64,000 nucleotides of DNA. Origin: Candidatus Zixiibacteriota bacterium. GTDB lineage: Bacteria > RBG-13-66-14 > B26-G2 > WVWN01. The position numbers and the translations under genes are program-made. The stretch's first letter is position 1. Every line of letters starts with the position of its first letter. Below, piece by piece: positions 27,785 through 35,502 of this stretch. Where the stretch lies: assembly GCA_011773985.1 (NCBI GenBank), contig WVWN01000064.1, positions 32,580 to 96,579 of the forward strand. The letters are read 5' to 3'. Below the pieces are notes generated by a model. The model saw only the letters and a list, made by a program, of their open reading frames with translations, searched no databases and was not told the DNA's origin.

Positions 27785-29255
27785 CGACGCGGTCGTTGGC
27801 GCGAGAATAATCGAGGATGTTCGCGGGTTCGCGCGGGAAATGTGGCTCGATCTCTCGACCTGTCTTCGGCCTCGCCAGGAGGTAGCCTTGGCCGAAATCT
27901 ACCCCCGCGCGAGTGAGCGTCTCGAGCTCGCCCTTAGTCTCGACGCCTTCGGCTATTATCCGCGCGTTTACGCGTCGCCCCAATTCTTGGACCGTTGCGA
28001 GGAGCTCTTGTTTGACCCGGTCCCTATCGATATCGCGCACGAGCGCCATGTCGAACTTGAGGAAATCGGGTTTAAGGCGGGCGATGGTGTTTAGGCTGGC
28101 GTAGCCCGCGCCGGCGTCGTCAACCGCGACGCGAATGCCGTGGTCGCGGAAACGGTTGAGGGTGGCTTCAAAGGCCGCCGGGTTGCCGACGGCCGAGCGC
28201 TCCGTTATCTCCAGGACGACCCGCGTCGGCGTCACGCCCCCGTTTTGAAAGAGGTGGCGCAGCGCGTCCTCCCGCGTGCCGAGCTCCTCGACCGTACGGG
28301 GGTCGGTATTTAGAAAGAGCAACGCGTCGCCGAGCCAACGCCGCGCGTTTGCGAAAGCCCGCCGACGGCATGCGCGGTCGAGCTGCGTCGATAGGTCGAC
28401 TTCCTCCGCGAGCGCGAACAGCATCTCGGCCCCCTCGATGTCGGCGCCTCCCATGGGGGTGGAGAGCGCCTCGAAGCCGAGAATGGAGAGGTCGCGGAGC
28501 GAGACTATCGGTTGGTAAAGGACGTCCACTTCTTCGCGTACGATAATACGTTTGAGGATTTCTTTCTGGCGTCGCGTTTCGGTTTCCGCGGCGGCGACCG
28601 CTACCCGATGGGCCTGATCGACGGCGGCGAGGACGAGGCGCTCGGGGCGCGAAAATAGGTTGTGGATTATGCGGGCGGTTGCGGTGAGGAAGGCTACTTG
28701 TTGATGGCCGCGAAAAATGTCCGGGGTACGTTCCGACGCGAGGTAGTTGACGAGTTGGGTCTTGAGCGTCTCGAGGCAGTCGGGGGCGACCTCTTCCGGT
28801 TTGTCGGGGGTCGAGGGCTTTACGAAGACCAGGAATTCAGAGGACTGAGCGTCGCGCGCCACTACCGTGTCCCCCGGTTTAAGGAAGGTCCGGGCGAATT
28901 TAGAGAGGACGGCGCCGACGTCGGCTATGAATTCGTCGTAGTACTGCCAGCCGTAGAGCGTCTCGAGGTCGTCGGCGCGTGGTATGGTAACGTAAACTAA
29001 GCCGATGGCGCCGCACTCCTCGAGGGCGCCCCGGATTTCCGACATCTTCGCGGGCAGCGTCGGCAGCGAGCTTATCTTGTCCGACAAGAGCGTCTGGAGG
29101 CGGAGCCAGAGCGTGCGATTACTCGGCTGCTTGTCGGGTGGCGGACTATCCTTTTCGGCCATGGCGGCGGCCCTTCGCGAAGGCCCAATTTTACAAAAAA
29201 TAATATAATAGCCGCGCAGGTCCGTGTCAACCGAAAACGCGGCCGGGATGTACAA
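27735..29255 (-). CDS. Degenerate-GGDEF plus EAL domain protein (c-di-GMP phosphodiesterase-like)
   Basis: C-terminal EAL domain (…EGVETKGELETLTRAGVDFGQGYLLARP); middle domain has GGDEF-like fold signatures but RDAQSSEF in place of GGDEF. Confidence 0.7.
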   Translation of the reverse strand: MYIPAAFSVDTDLRGYYIIFCKIGPSRRAAAMAEKDSPPPDKQPSNRTLWLRLQTLLSDKISSLPTLPAKMSEIRGALEECGAIGLVYVTIPRADDLETLYGWQYYDEFIADVGAVLSKFARTFLKPGDTVVARDAQSSEFLVFVKPSTPDKPEEVAPDCLETLKTQLVNYLASERTPDIFRGHQQVAFLTATARIIHNLFSRPERLVLAAVDQAHRVAVAAAETETRRQKEILKRIIVREEVDVLYQPIVSLRDLSILGFEALSTPMGGADIEGAEMLFALAEEVDLSTQLDRACRRRAFANARRWLGDALLFLNTDPRTVEELGTREDALRHLFQNGGVTPTRVVLEITERSAVGNPAAFEATLNRFRDHGIRVAVDDAGAGYASLNTIARLKPDFLKFDMALVRDIDRDRVKQELLATVQELGRRVNARIIAEGVETKGELETLTRAGVDFGQGYLLARPKTGREIEPHFPREPANILDYSRANDRVGERPEDRGREEKNTRS

Positions 29256-29316
29256 AACAGTTCTTGACGCCGCGGCCGAGCTTTGCCATGATGTTTATCG
29301 TTAAAGGAGGGATGAG

Positions 29317-29523
29317 GTGAATAAAAAAGATTACGTTCAGCCGTCGCGGCCCTCGCGGGAGCGGCGGTTTTGTTTTCTGGGGCCTCCCCCTGGACAGCTG
29401 CCGAACGCGGCTGCAAATGGTGTAGGGTCGCGTCGGCTTCCCTCGGCCGCGTCAAAACGCTATTCCGATAGTATTACGGTTCACTCGAAAAGCCGCCCGC
29501 GGGGCGGCTTTTCTTGTATTTAA
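29317..29523 (+). other. Self-contained small transcription unit: candidate promoter, perfect Shine-Dalgarno site, 68-codon Arg/Pro-rich ORF (GTG start), intrinsic terminator
   Basis: TTGACG(29264)-N17-CATGAT; AGGAGG-N7-GTG; terminator GCCGCCC-gcg-GGGCGGC plus UUUUCUUGUAUUU at ~29492-29521; could be a small protein or an sRNA. Confidence 0.3.
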
Positions 29524-29567
29524 ACCCGTATCGCGTGAACTACGGCGAGCCCCGCCGCCGTTTTTAA

Positions 29568-29596
29568 TTGCTTTTACAGGCGCCGTTTATTATAAT
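29568..29596 (+). promoter_or_regulatory. Candidate sigma70 promoter (TTGCTT-N17-TATAAT) for the GWxTD-like gene
   Basis: Perfect -10 hexamer with 17-nt spacer, ~45 nt upstream of the ATG. Confidence 0.4.
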
Positions 29597-29639
29597 GAAA
29601 GTTGAGAATGCGGATCACTCGAAAGAAGGTTAAATAGCT

Positions 29640-30722
29640 ATGAGGTTAATAGGATATCTAGCGATTGCCGCGTTACTTGCGGCCGTAGCCGCGTACGCGG
29701 CCGAGGATGCGAAAAAAGTTGCGGTCCTGGATTTTCTGGCCTACGGGACCGCGACGGCCGAGAGCGGGGTTGACGTCGCCGATAACGTGCGCCTTATGTT
29801 CCACGGCGCCCAGGGATATGAGCTGGAGAAGTACGAGCGTATGCATCGGGCGGTTGAGGCCGCGTTGAAGGCCGGCCTCGACCTAACCGCCATGAAGGAC
29901 ATCGTGCGGCTGGGCAAAGCGCTGGGGGATGATTTCGTCGTCACCGGCTCGGTGACGTACGAGGGCGGTAAATATACGGTCCAGGCTTGGGTAAACGACG
30001 TAAAAACGAAGAAGGTGGAGGTGGCGTACGACGCCGAAGGCGTCGACCTCCGGTTGTTAACGGAGAAGCTGATAGCGGGAATGAGCGGCGCGGAGAGATT
30101 CGGCGTCCTTTTCCCGGACGAGGTGCGGGAGTTGCCACGGCCGACGGAGAAGGAAACCCGCCTCGCCTTGGCCTTTATCGCCACCGACGAAGAGCTCGCC
30201 TTGTTCGACATCCTCTCGCCGCGCGGCAAAAGTATGATGCTCGAAAAGTTCTGGGTAAGGCGCGACCCGGACCCGTCGACGGCCGAGAACGAGTACGAGG
30301 CCGAGTTCTGGCGGCGGGTGGACTACGTCCAGAAGCACTTCACGGACCCCATCCGCGAGGGCCTGCGGACGGACCCCGGTAAAGTGTATATCCTCTACGG
30401 GCCGCCGGATGACATCGAGGACCACGCGGGGGGTGTAGCTTCCATCGCCGGCCAGGAGAGGTCCACGTGGTCGACTAAGCCCTATTACGCGTGGAAGTAT
30501 TACAGCGGCGGGCCCGGCGGCCGGCGGATGCTCTTCGTATTCGTAGACGACGTGGGCGACGGCGACTACAGCATCTTCGCCTCCACCGAGCCGGGTTTCG
30601 GCCGCCACATCGCGTCGTTCGCCGAGTTCGATATAAACCGGTTAGTGATCGACGAGGAGGACTGGGGCGATACGGCCGAAACCACGTTCTGGGATTCGCC
30701 GGGCCGTTTCGAGGGCAAATAA
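29640..30722 (+). CDS. Secreted GWxTD-domain-like protein (variant GLRTD)
   Basis: Signal peptide; FWVRRDPDPSTAENEYEAEFWRRVDYVQKHF...GLRTDPGKVYILYGPPD matches the W.+RDP.P.T..NE...E...R / GWxTDRG..YI..G.P pattern of TIGR04514-type proteins, with L replacing W. Confidence 0.55.
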   Translation: MRLIGYLAIAALLAAVAAYAAEDAKKVAVLDFLAYGTATAESGVDVADNVRLMFHGAQGYELEKYERMHRAVEAALKAGLDLTAMKDIVRLGKALGDDFVVTGSVTYEGGKYTVQAWVNDVKTKKVEVAYDAEGVDLRLLTEKLIAGMSGAERFGVLFPDEVRELPRPTEKETRLALAFIATDEELALFDILSPRGKSMMLEKFWVRRDPDPSTAENEYEAEFWRRVDYVQKHFTDPIREGLRTDPGKVYILYGPPDDIEDHAGGVASIAGQERSTWSTKPYYAWKYYSGGPGGRRMLFVFVDDVGDGDYSIFASTEPGFGRHIASFAEFDINRLVIDEEDWGDTAETTFWDSPGRFEGK

Positions 30723-30761
30723 CCGCTTGAGGAAGAAGGTCCCGTTCGCGTACGCGGAGGT

Positions 30762-31418
30762 TTGGAAAGGATGAAGCTCTTTATCGATACCGCCAATTTG
30801 GAGGCCATAAAACGGGTCGCGGACCTGGGCCTGCTCGACGGCGTGACCACCAATCCCACGCTCGTTTCGCGCGAGAAGATGCCCGCCGACAAGCTCTACG
30901 ACGAGATCGCCAAGGTCTGCTCCGGGCCTGTGAACGTCGAAGCCGTAAACCAGGACGCCGACGGCATCGTAAAGGAGGCGCGCGATTTTCATAAACGCGC
31001 GCCCAACTTCGTTACCAAGGTCCCGTGTTTCGAGGAAGGCTTGAAGGCGGTTCGAAGGCTGGCGGACGAAGGTATAACTACCAACATGACGCTCGTCTTC
31101 TCGCCGGCCCAGGCCATTTTGGTCGCTAAGGCGGGCGCGGGTTATTGCAGTCCTTTCATCGGGCGCCTTGATGATATAAGCCATACCGGCATGGACCTCA
31201 TCGAAGACATCGTCACGATTTACGAGAACTACGATTACGATGCCGAAGTCGTCGTCGCGAGCGTCCGCCATCCGCTCCACGTAGTCGAGGCCGCGCGCAT
31301 TGGCGCCGACGTCGTGACGGTCCCGCCGGCGGTTATCGATAAGCTCGTGAAACATCCGCTTACCGACGTTGGCATGAAGAAGTTCCTCGACGACTACGCG
31401 AAGATCCCGAAAGGCTAA
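30762..31418 (+). CDS. tal: Transaldolase / fructose-6-phosphate aldolase family (short TalC/Fsa-type)
   Basis: MKLFIDTANLEAIK...GVTTNPTL...Schiff-base Lys region TKVP; 218 aa. Confidence 0.85.
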   Translation: MERMKLFIDTANLEAIKRVADLGLLDGVTTNPTLVSREKMPADKLYDEIAKVCSGPVNVEAVNQDADGIVKEARDFHKRAPNFVTKVPCFEEGLKAVRRLADEGITTNMTLVFSPAQAILVAKAGAGYCSPFIGRLDDISHTGMDLIEDIVTIYENYDYDAEVVVASVRHPLHVVEAARIGADVVTVPPAVIDKLVKHPLTDVGMKKFLDDYAKIPKG

Positions 31419-31454
31419 TACCCTCTTAACGTTGGGCCGCGGTAAGGAGGGAAG

Positions 31455-32654
31455 ATGCTCGAGTTCAGGTTCAATTTCATAGATATCTTCCGGGCGCCCC
31501 GGCTCGCGTTCAGCGCTAAAAAGATTTGGACGCAGCTTAGGGCGTTGGCGCTAGGCCTTATCCTCTACAACGTTTTCGTTTACCTGGCGTTCGCCGTATC
31601 GGGCGCCGACGTCTATCGGATATGGAGGTCCTATTACCTCTTTCCGCCGGTAGCCGAGGCATTCGGCGCCTCGCCCGTGAACGCGGGCGGCGTCATCCTT
31701 TGGGCGTTGGGCGCCCTCGCCTTTTTCGTGGTCAATTTCCTCGCGATGGCGGCGGTGGCCAAGATCACGATGGAGCAGCTCCGGGGCAATGATTTCTACT
31801 CTCGCCGGGAGGCCGGGGAGTACGTACGGCGGCACTGGCGGGCCGTTATCTTCACGCCGGTGGCGATTCTCGTCTCGTCGGCGGCCCTCTTCGGCGGCGG
31901 TTTGCTCGTCGGCCTCGTCGGCAAGATACCCTGGTTCGGGGACGTCGTGGCGCCGATCTTGTTCGTCGCGTTATACCTCGGGGGGCTCCTTCTCGTCTTC
32001 CTCGCGCTGGTTTTCGTCGTGTCCCTCTGGCTCACGCCGGCGATCGTCGCTAGCACCGGCGGCGACACTTTCGAGAGCTCGTTCGAGCTTTTTTCGACGT
32101 TATCGGGTCAGCCCTGGCGGCTGGTATTGTACGAGCTCCTCTCGCGCGCGCTCACTGTAGTCGGCGGCGCGGTTTTCGCGTTCTTCTCCGCGGCGGCGGT
32201 CGGGGCAGCGTACGCGGCGCTGTATATCCCGATGGGGCCGAAGTTCGGTGTGGCCTTTGCCGCGGCGTGGCGCGTAATGCCGAGCCAGCTACGGGGCGCT
32301 TATCCCGCACCGTGCAATGTGTTGGAGTGGCTTTCCGGCTTGGGTATTCCTTTCATATTCTCTGCCCCTGAGGTTTCGCTGCCGTTGCCTTGGCCGCAGG
32401 CTATCGCGGCGACGCTCATATCTCTCGGGTTGCTCGTGACTTTCGGAATAGTAGTCGCCTACACGGTCAACGTACATACCGTAGGCCAGACGATCATCTA
32501 CACGATACTACGCAAGAAGAAGGACGACGAGAACCTGCTCGAAATGTACGACGACGAGCTCGAGCAAGCTATGGTGGCGTTGGAGCGGGAAAAGGAGGCC
32601 GCGGCTCCGCCCGAAGGCGAGGCGGCGGAGGGGGTCGATGAAACGGGCGATTAA
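31455..32654 (+). CDS. Hypothetical polytopic membrane protein
   Basis: About 8 predicted TM helices, acidic C-terminal tail; no motif recognised. Confidence 0.5.
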   Translation: MLEFRFNFIDIFRAPRLAFSAKKIWTQLRALALGLILYNVFVYLAFAVSGADVYRIWRSYYLFPPVAEAFGASPVNAGGVILWALGALAFFVVNFLAMAAVAKITMEQLRGNDFYSRREAGEYVRRHWRAVIFTPVAILVSSAALFGGGLLVGLVGKIPWFGDVVAPILFVALYLGGLLLVFLALVFVVSLWLTPAIVASTGGDTFESSFELFSTLSGQPWRLVLYELLSRALTVVGGAVFAFFSAAAVGAAYAALYIPMGPKFGVAFAAAWRVMPSQLRGAYPAPCNVLEWLSGLGIPFIFSAPEVSLPLPWPQAIAATLISLGLLVTFGIVVAYTVNVHTVGQTIIYTILRKKKDDENLLEMYDDELEQAMVALEREKEAAAPPEGEAAEGVDETGD

Positions 32655-33021
32655 GGCCGAGGGCGCGCCGGCGGCTATAGGCCCCTACGTCCAGGGGACC
32701 GCGGCCGGGCGTTTCTTGTTCACCGCGGGGCAGATAGCCCTCGAGCCCAAAACGGGCGAGTTAGCGGGTGACGACGCCGCGGCACAGGCCCGCCAGGTTA
32801 TGGCCAATTTGAGCGCGGTGCTGGAGGCCGGCGGTGTGGCGTGGAAAGACGTCGTCAAGACGGAAATTTATCTCGTCGACCTCGCGGATTTCGCCGCGGT
32901 CAACGACGTTTACGCCGAGTTCGTCGGGGGCGAACCGCCGGCACGGGTTACGGTGCAGGTAGCGGCGCTTCCCAAAGGGGCGCTTGTCGAGGTGGCCGCG
33001 GTAGCTTATCTGGGTGAATAG
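32638..33021 (+). CDS. ridA: RidA/YjgF-family reactive-intermediate deaminase
   Basis: AIGPY...G.I.L.P.TG motif, 127 aa, C-terminal ...EVAAVA. Confidence 0.85.
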   Translation: MKRAIKAEGAPAAIGPYVQGTAAGRFLFTAGQIALEPKTGELAGDDAAAQARQVMANLSAVLEAGGVAWKDVVKTEIYLVDLADFAAVNDVYAEFVGGEPPARVTVQVAALPKGALVEVAAVAYLGE

Positions 33022-33025
33022 TTAA

Positions 33026-33976
33026 ATGTTCAAGGGGCGTTTATTTTTAATAATATGCGCGGCGTTGTTGGCGGCCGGCTGCGAGGACGAGACTGTAAAG
33101 GAGCCGGAGTGGTTTTATATCACGGCCGAGGGGAGCGGCCTCCCCGGCAATAAAGTTTACGAAATATACGCCGGTCCCAAAGGCGCGTGGTTCGCGACCG
33201 ATTTCGGCTTGGCTTATAACCACGGCTCGGAATGGGTAGTGTACGATTACGCGCGGGGAATGCCGGCGGACGAGATTTTCGGTTTGGCGGTGTGCCCGAA
33301 CGGCGACGTATGGGTTAGCACGTTCCTGGGCGCGGCGCGCCTCCGGGGCCGAGAAATAAAAATATTCACGGGCGGCGACGGTTTACCGTCCAACTGGGTT
33401 TACGACGTCGAGTTCGACGGGGCCAAACTTTGGTTCGCCACGAGAGCGGGTATCGCCCGCTTCGACGACCCCGGCTTCACCGTCGTTAATGGGGTCTCCG
33501 GCCTCCCCGGCGACGACGTCCGCGACGTTTTTGCCGTGGGCGTCGACCGGATATGGGTGGCGTGTATAGGGGGTGCGGCGTTCTACGACCGGGGTAAGAT
33601 AACCGATTATACGCCCGCAAGTTCGGAGCTGCCTTCGAGCAAAGTTTACGCCGTTGCCGGCCGCGGCGACGACGCTTGGATAGGGACCGATAAAGGGCTG
33701 AGCCTGCTGAGAGACGGAAAGATCGTGAAAACCTACAACAGTTCTAACTCGGCTTTGAAAAGCAACGTTATTAACGACCTCGGCTACGCCGCCGACGGCA
33801 GGCTGTGGGTCGCGACGGCAGGGGGAGGCGCGTCCCGTAGCGTGGGCGAAGGCTTCGAGACCTTCGACGAGACCCGGGGCCTTCTGAGCGACTACGTCCT
33901 CTCGGTGTTCGGCGACAAGTTGGGCTACGTTTGGCTCGGGACCCTCGACAGCGGCGTGAGCAGGTACCACGACTGA
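33026..33976 (+). CDS. Lipoprotein with two-component-regulator propeller (Reg_prop) repeats
   Basis: Lipobox LAAGC; repeated LPSN(K/W)VY..., LPGDDVRDVF, LSDYVLSVF motifs. Confidence 0.6.
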   Translation: MFKGRLFLIICAALLAAGCEDETVKEPEWFYITAEGSGLPGNKVYEIYAGPKGAWFATDFGLAYNHGSEWVVYDYARGMPADEIFGLAVCPNGDVWVSTFLGAARLRGREIKIFTGGDGLPSNWVYDVEFDGAKLWFATRAGIARFDDPGFTVVNGVSGLPGDDVRDVFAVGVDRIWVACIGGAAFYDRGKITDYTPASSELPSSKVYAVAGRGDDAWIGTDKGLSLLRDGKIVKTYNSSNSALKSNVINDLGYAADGRLWVATAGGGASRSVGEGFETFDETRGLLSDYVLSVFGDKLGYVWLGTLDSGVSRYHD

Positions 33977-34021
33977 GGGGGATTACGGCGCGAAAGGACG
34001 CGGCTTCGAAAGCCGCGTTTT

Positions 34022-35263
34022 TTATTGTCGGGCCAACTCCTCGCGCAGGCGCCGGGCCTGGGCCGCGCGCTCTGCAGGCGAGGGCGCCGCGTCCACCAGG
34101 AAGTGGAGGACCGGGTTCGGCTCCGCGGCGACCAGGTTGGCGCGCGCTTCCTTGTAGTAGAGGGTTACGGCGGCGATCGGCTTCCGCGTGAGGGTTATGG
34201 CCTCTTCGTCGGCCCGCAGGCCGAGGTGGCGGCTCCAATAATTGAAGGACGCGAGCGATGCCAGCCATATCGCGACGAAGAGGGCGAAGAAAAGGGGCAG
34301 GTCCGCCGGTGCGCGGGCCGCGGCGTCGCCCCGACGCGCGACGGCCCCCGAAAGCCAGTCCGCGACGAGCAGCGACGCCATAAGTACGACTAACGCCGCG
34401 GCGACCATTAGGCTGTTCTGTTTCGCCTCTGCCCGGGCGATAGCGGTCGCGAGGAAGACCTCCGCCTCGTATCGGCCCAGCGATTCGGCGCCCGCGGAGA
34501 CGACCAAGGCCCGGCGCGCGGGCGACGCGGCGGCGACGATTCGATCCGCGGGGGCTCGCCGCTCGACGGCGACTTCGTACGGCGGTATCTGGTATTGGGA
34601 GTATAGGTACTCGGCCCTTTCTAATAAAAAGTCGCCGGGAGGGGTCGGCGCTTTTCCTGCCGGGGGAAGGGGCGCGAGGAATGCCCGAAATGCGCCGGCG
34701 GCGACGCCGGTTAACGTTATTACGATCCACCACGTACGCGGCCACTGCGCCCGGGCGGCCGCGACGGCGAAGGCCAAAGCTCCCGCCGCCACGCCGTAAC
34801 ATAGAGGTTTGATCAACGACGCGGCCAGCGGCCACTCGCCGCCCGCGCCGCGCAAAAATGCGCCCTTTACGGCGGAGGCGATTAAAAGCAATGAAAATAC
34901 GATTCCGGCCACGGCGCCTGCCATAAGGAGCGAGGTCGGGACGAGGCGCCCGCGGCCGAGTTTGGCGAGGCGGGCGGCGTACGAAAAATGCAACGCCGCG
35001 AGGCAGAGGACGATGAGCAGCGCGGCGGCGACCGCGGTGATTTGGCGCGCCGTCGTGTAGCGGCTTGCCGCGAGTAAGCGAGGGTCGGAGCGGGCCTCTT
35101 TTTCCGGGTGCGGGAGTTCGGGGCCGAGCTCGTAGACGAGGCCGCGCTGGCGCATCGGGACCTGCTCGGCGCCTTCGCCGCGCGAGGCCGCCGCCAAGGC
35201 GACGAACAGCGCCGCCGCGCCTATCATAATAGTCGCCCGGGCCATTATCTTGCAGGATAGCAT
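34022..35263 (-). CDS. Hypothetical integral membrane protein
   Basis: Multiple TM helices; no HExxH or other catalytic motif seen. Confidence 0.45.
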   Translation of the reverse strand: MLSCKIMARATIMIGAAALFVALAAASRGEGAEQVPMRQRGLVYELGPELPHPEKEARSDPRLLAASRYTTARQITAVAAALLIVLCLAALHFSYAARLAKLGRGRLVPTSLLMAGAVAGIVFSLLLIASAVKGAFLRGAGGEWPLAASLIKPLCYGVAAGALAFAVAAARAQWPRTWWIVITLTGVAAGAFRAFLAPLPPAGKAPTPPGDFLLERAEYLYSQYQIPPYEVAVERRAPADRIVAAASPARRALVVSAGAESLGRYEAEVFLATAIARAEAKQNSLMVAAALVVLMASLLVADWLSGAVARRGDAAARAPADLPLFFALFVAIWLASLASFNYWSRHLGLRADEEAITLTRKPIAAVTLYYKEARANLVAAEPNPVLHFLVDAAPSPAERAAQARRLREELARQ

Positions 35264-35307
35264 AAAGGCCGCCGCCGGGTCAAAGAGTATCGGCGCGGGT
35301 CACGAAA

Positions 35308-35336
35308 AACCCCGCCTCCTCGAGACGGGGCTTTTT
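35308..35336. terminator. Bidirectional intrinsic terminator just 3' of tRNA-Val
   Basis: CCCCGCCTCCTCGAGACGGGG hairpin flanked by A5 and T5, so it gives hairpin plus U-tract on either strand. Confidence 0.55.
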
Positions 35337-35409
35337 GGGCGATGCAGGACTTGAACCTGCGACCTCCTGCTTGTAAGGCAGGCGCTCTGGCCAACTGAGC
35401 TAATCGCCC
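35336..35409 (-). tRNA. tRNA-Val (anticodon TAC)
   Basis: Minus-strand sequence GGGCGATTAGCTCAGTTGGCCAGAGCGCCTGCCTTACAAGCAGGAGGTCGCAGGTTCAAGTCCTGCATCGCCCA folds as a 74-nt cloverleaf (7-bp acceptor stem, GTTCAAGTC T-loop, anticodon loop CTTACAA); CCA not encoded. Confidence 0.85.
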
Positions 35410-35419
35410 GTGCGTTTTT

Positions 35420-35449
35420 AGTATAATCAAAAAATGACCTCTCAGTCAA
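35420..35449 (-). promoter_or_regulatory. sigma70-type promoter for tRNA-Val (TTGACT-N18-TATACT)
   Basis: Minus-strand TTGACT at 35449-35444 and TATACT at 35425-35420, about 11 nt before the tRNA 5' end. Confidence 0.45.
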
Positions 35450-35502
35450 CCCAAATCTCAGGCGACGTTGCGGCCCGGTTACGGCCGTGATAAAATATAC
35501 GC

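Noticed and set aside
34022-35263. Idea that the 413-aa membrane protein is an M48/CAAX-type protease
   Set aside because: No HExxH or other zinc-binding motif present; similarity was only in overall topology, so left as hypothetical.
35245-35430. 61-aa ORF covering tRNA-Val
   Set aside because: It is the translation of the tRNA gene itself.
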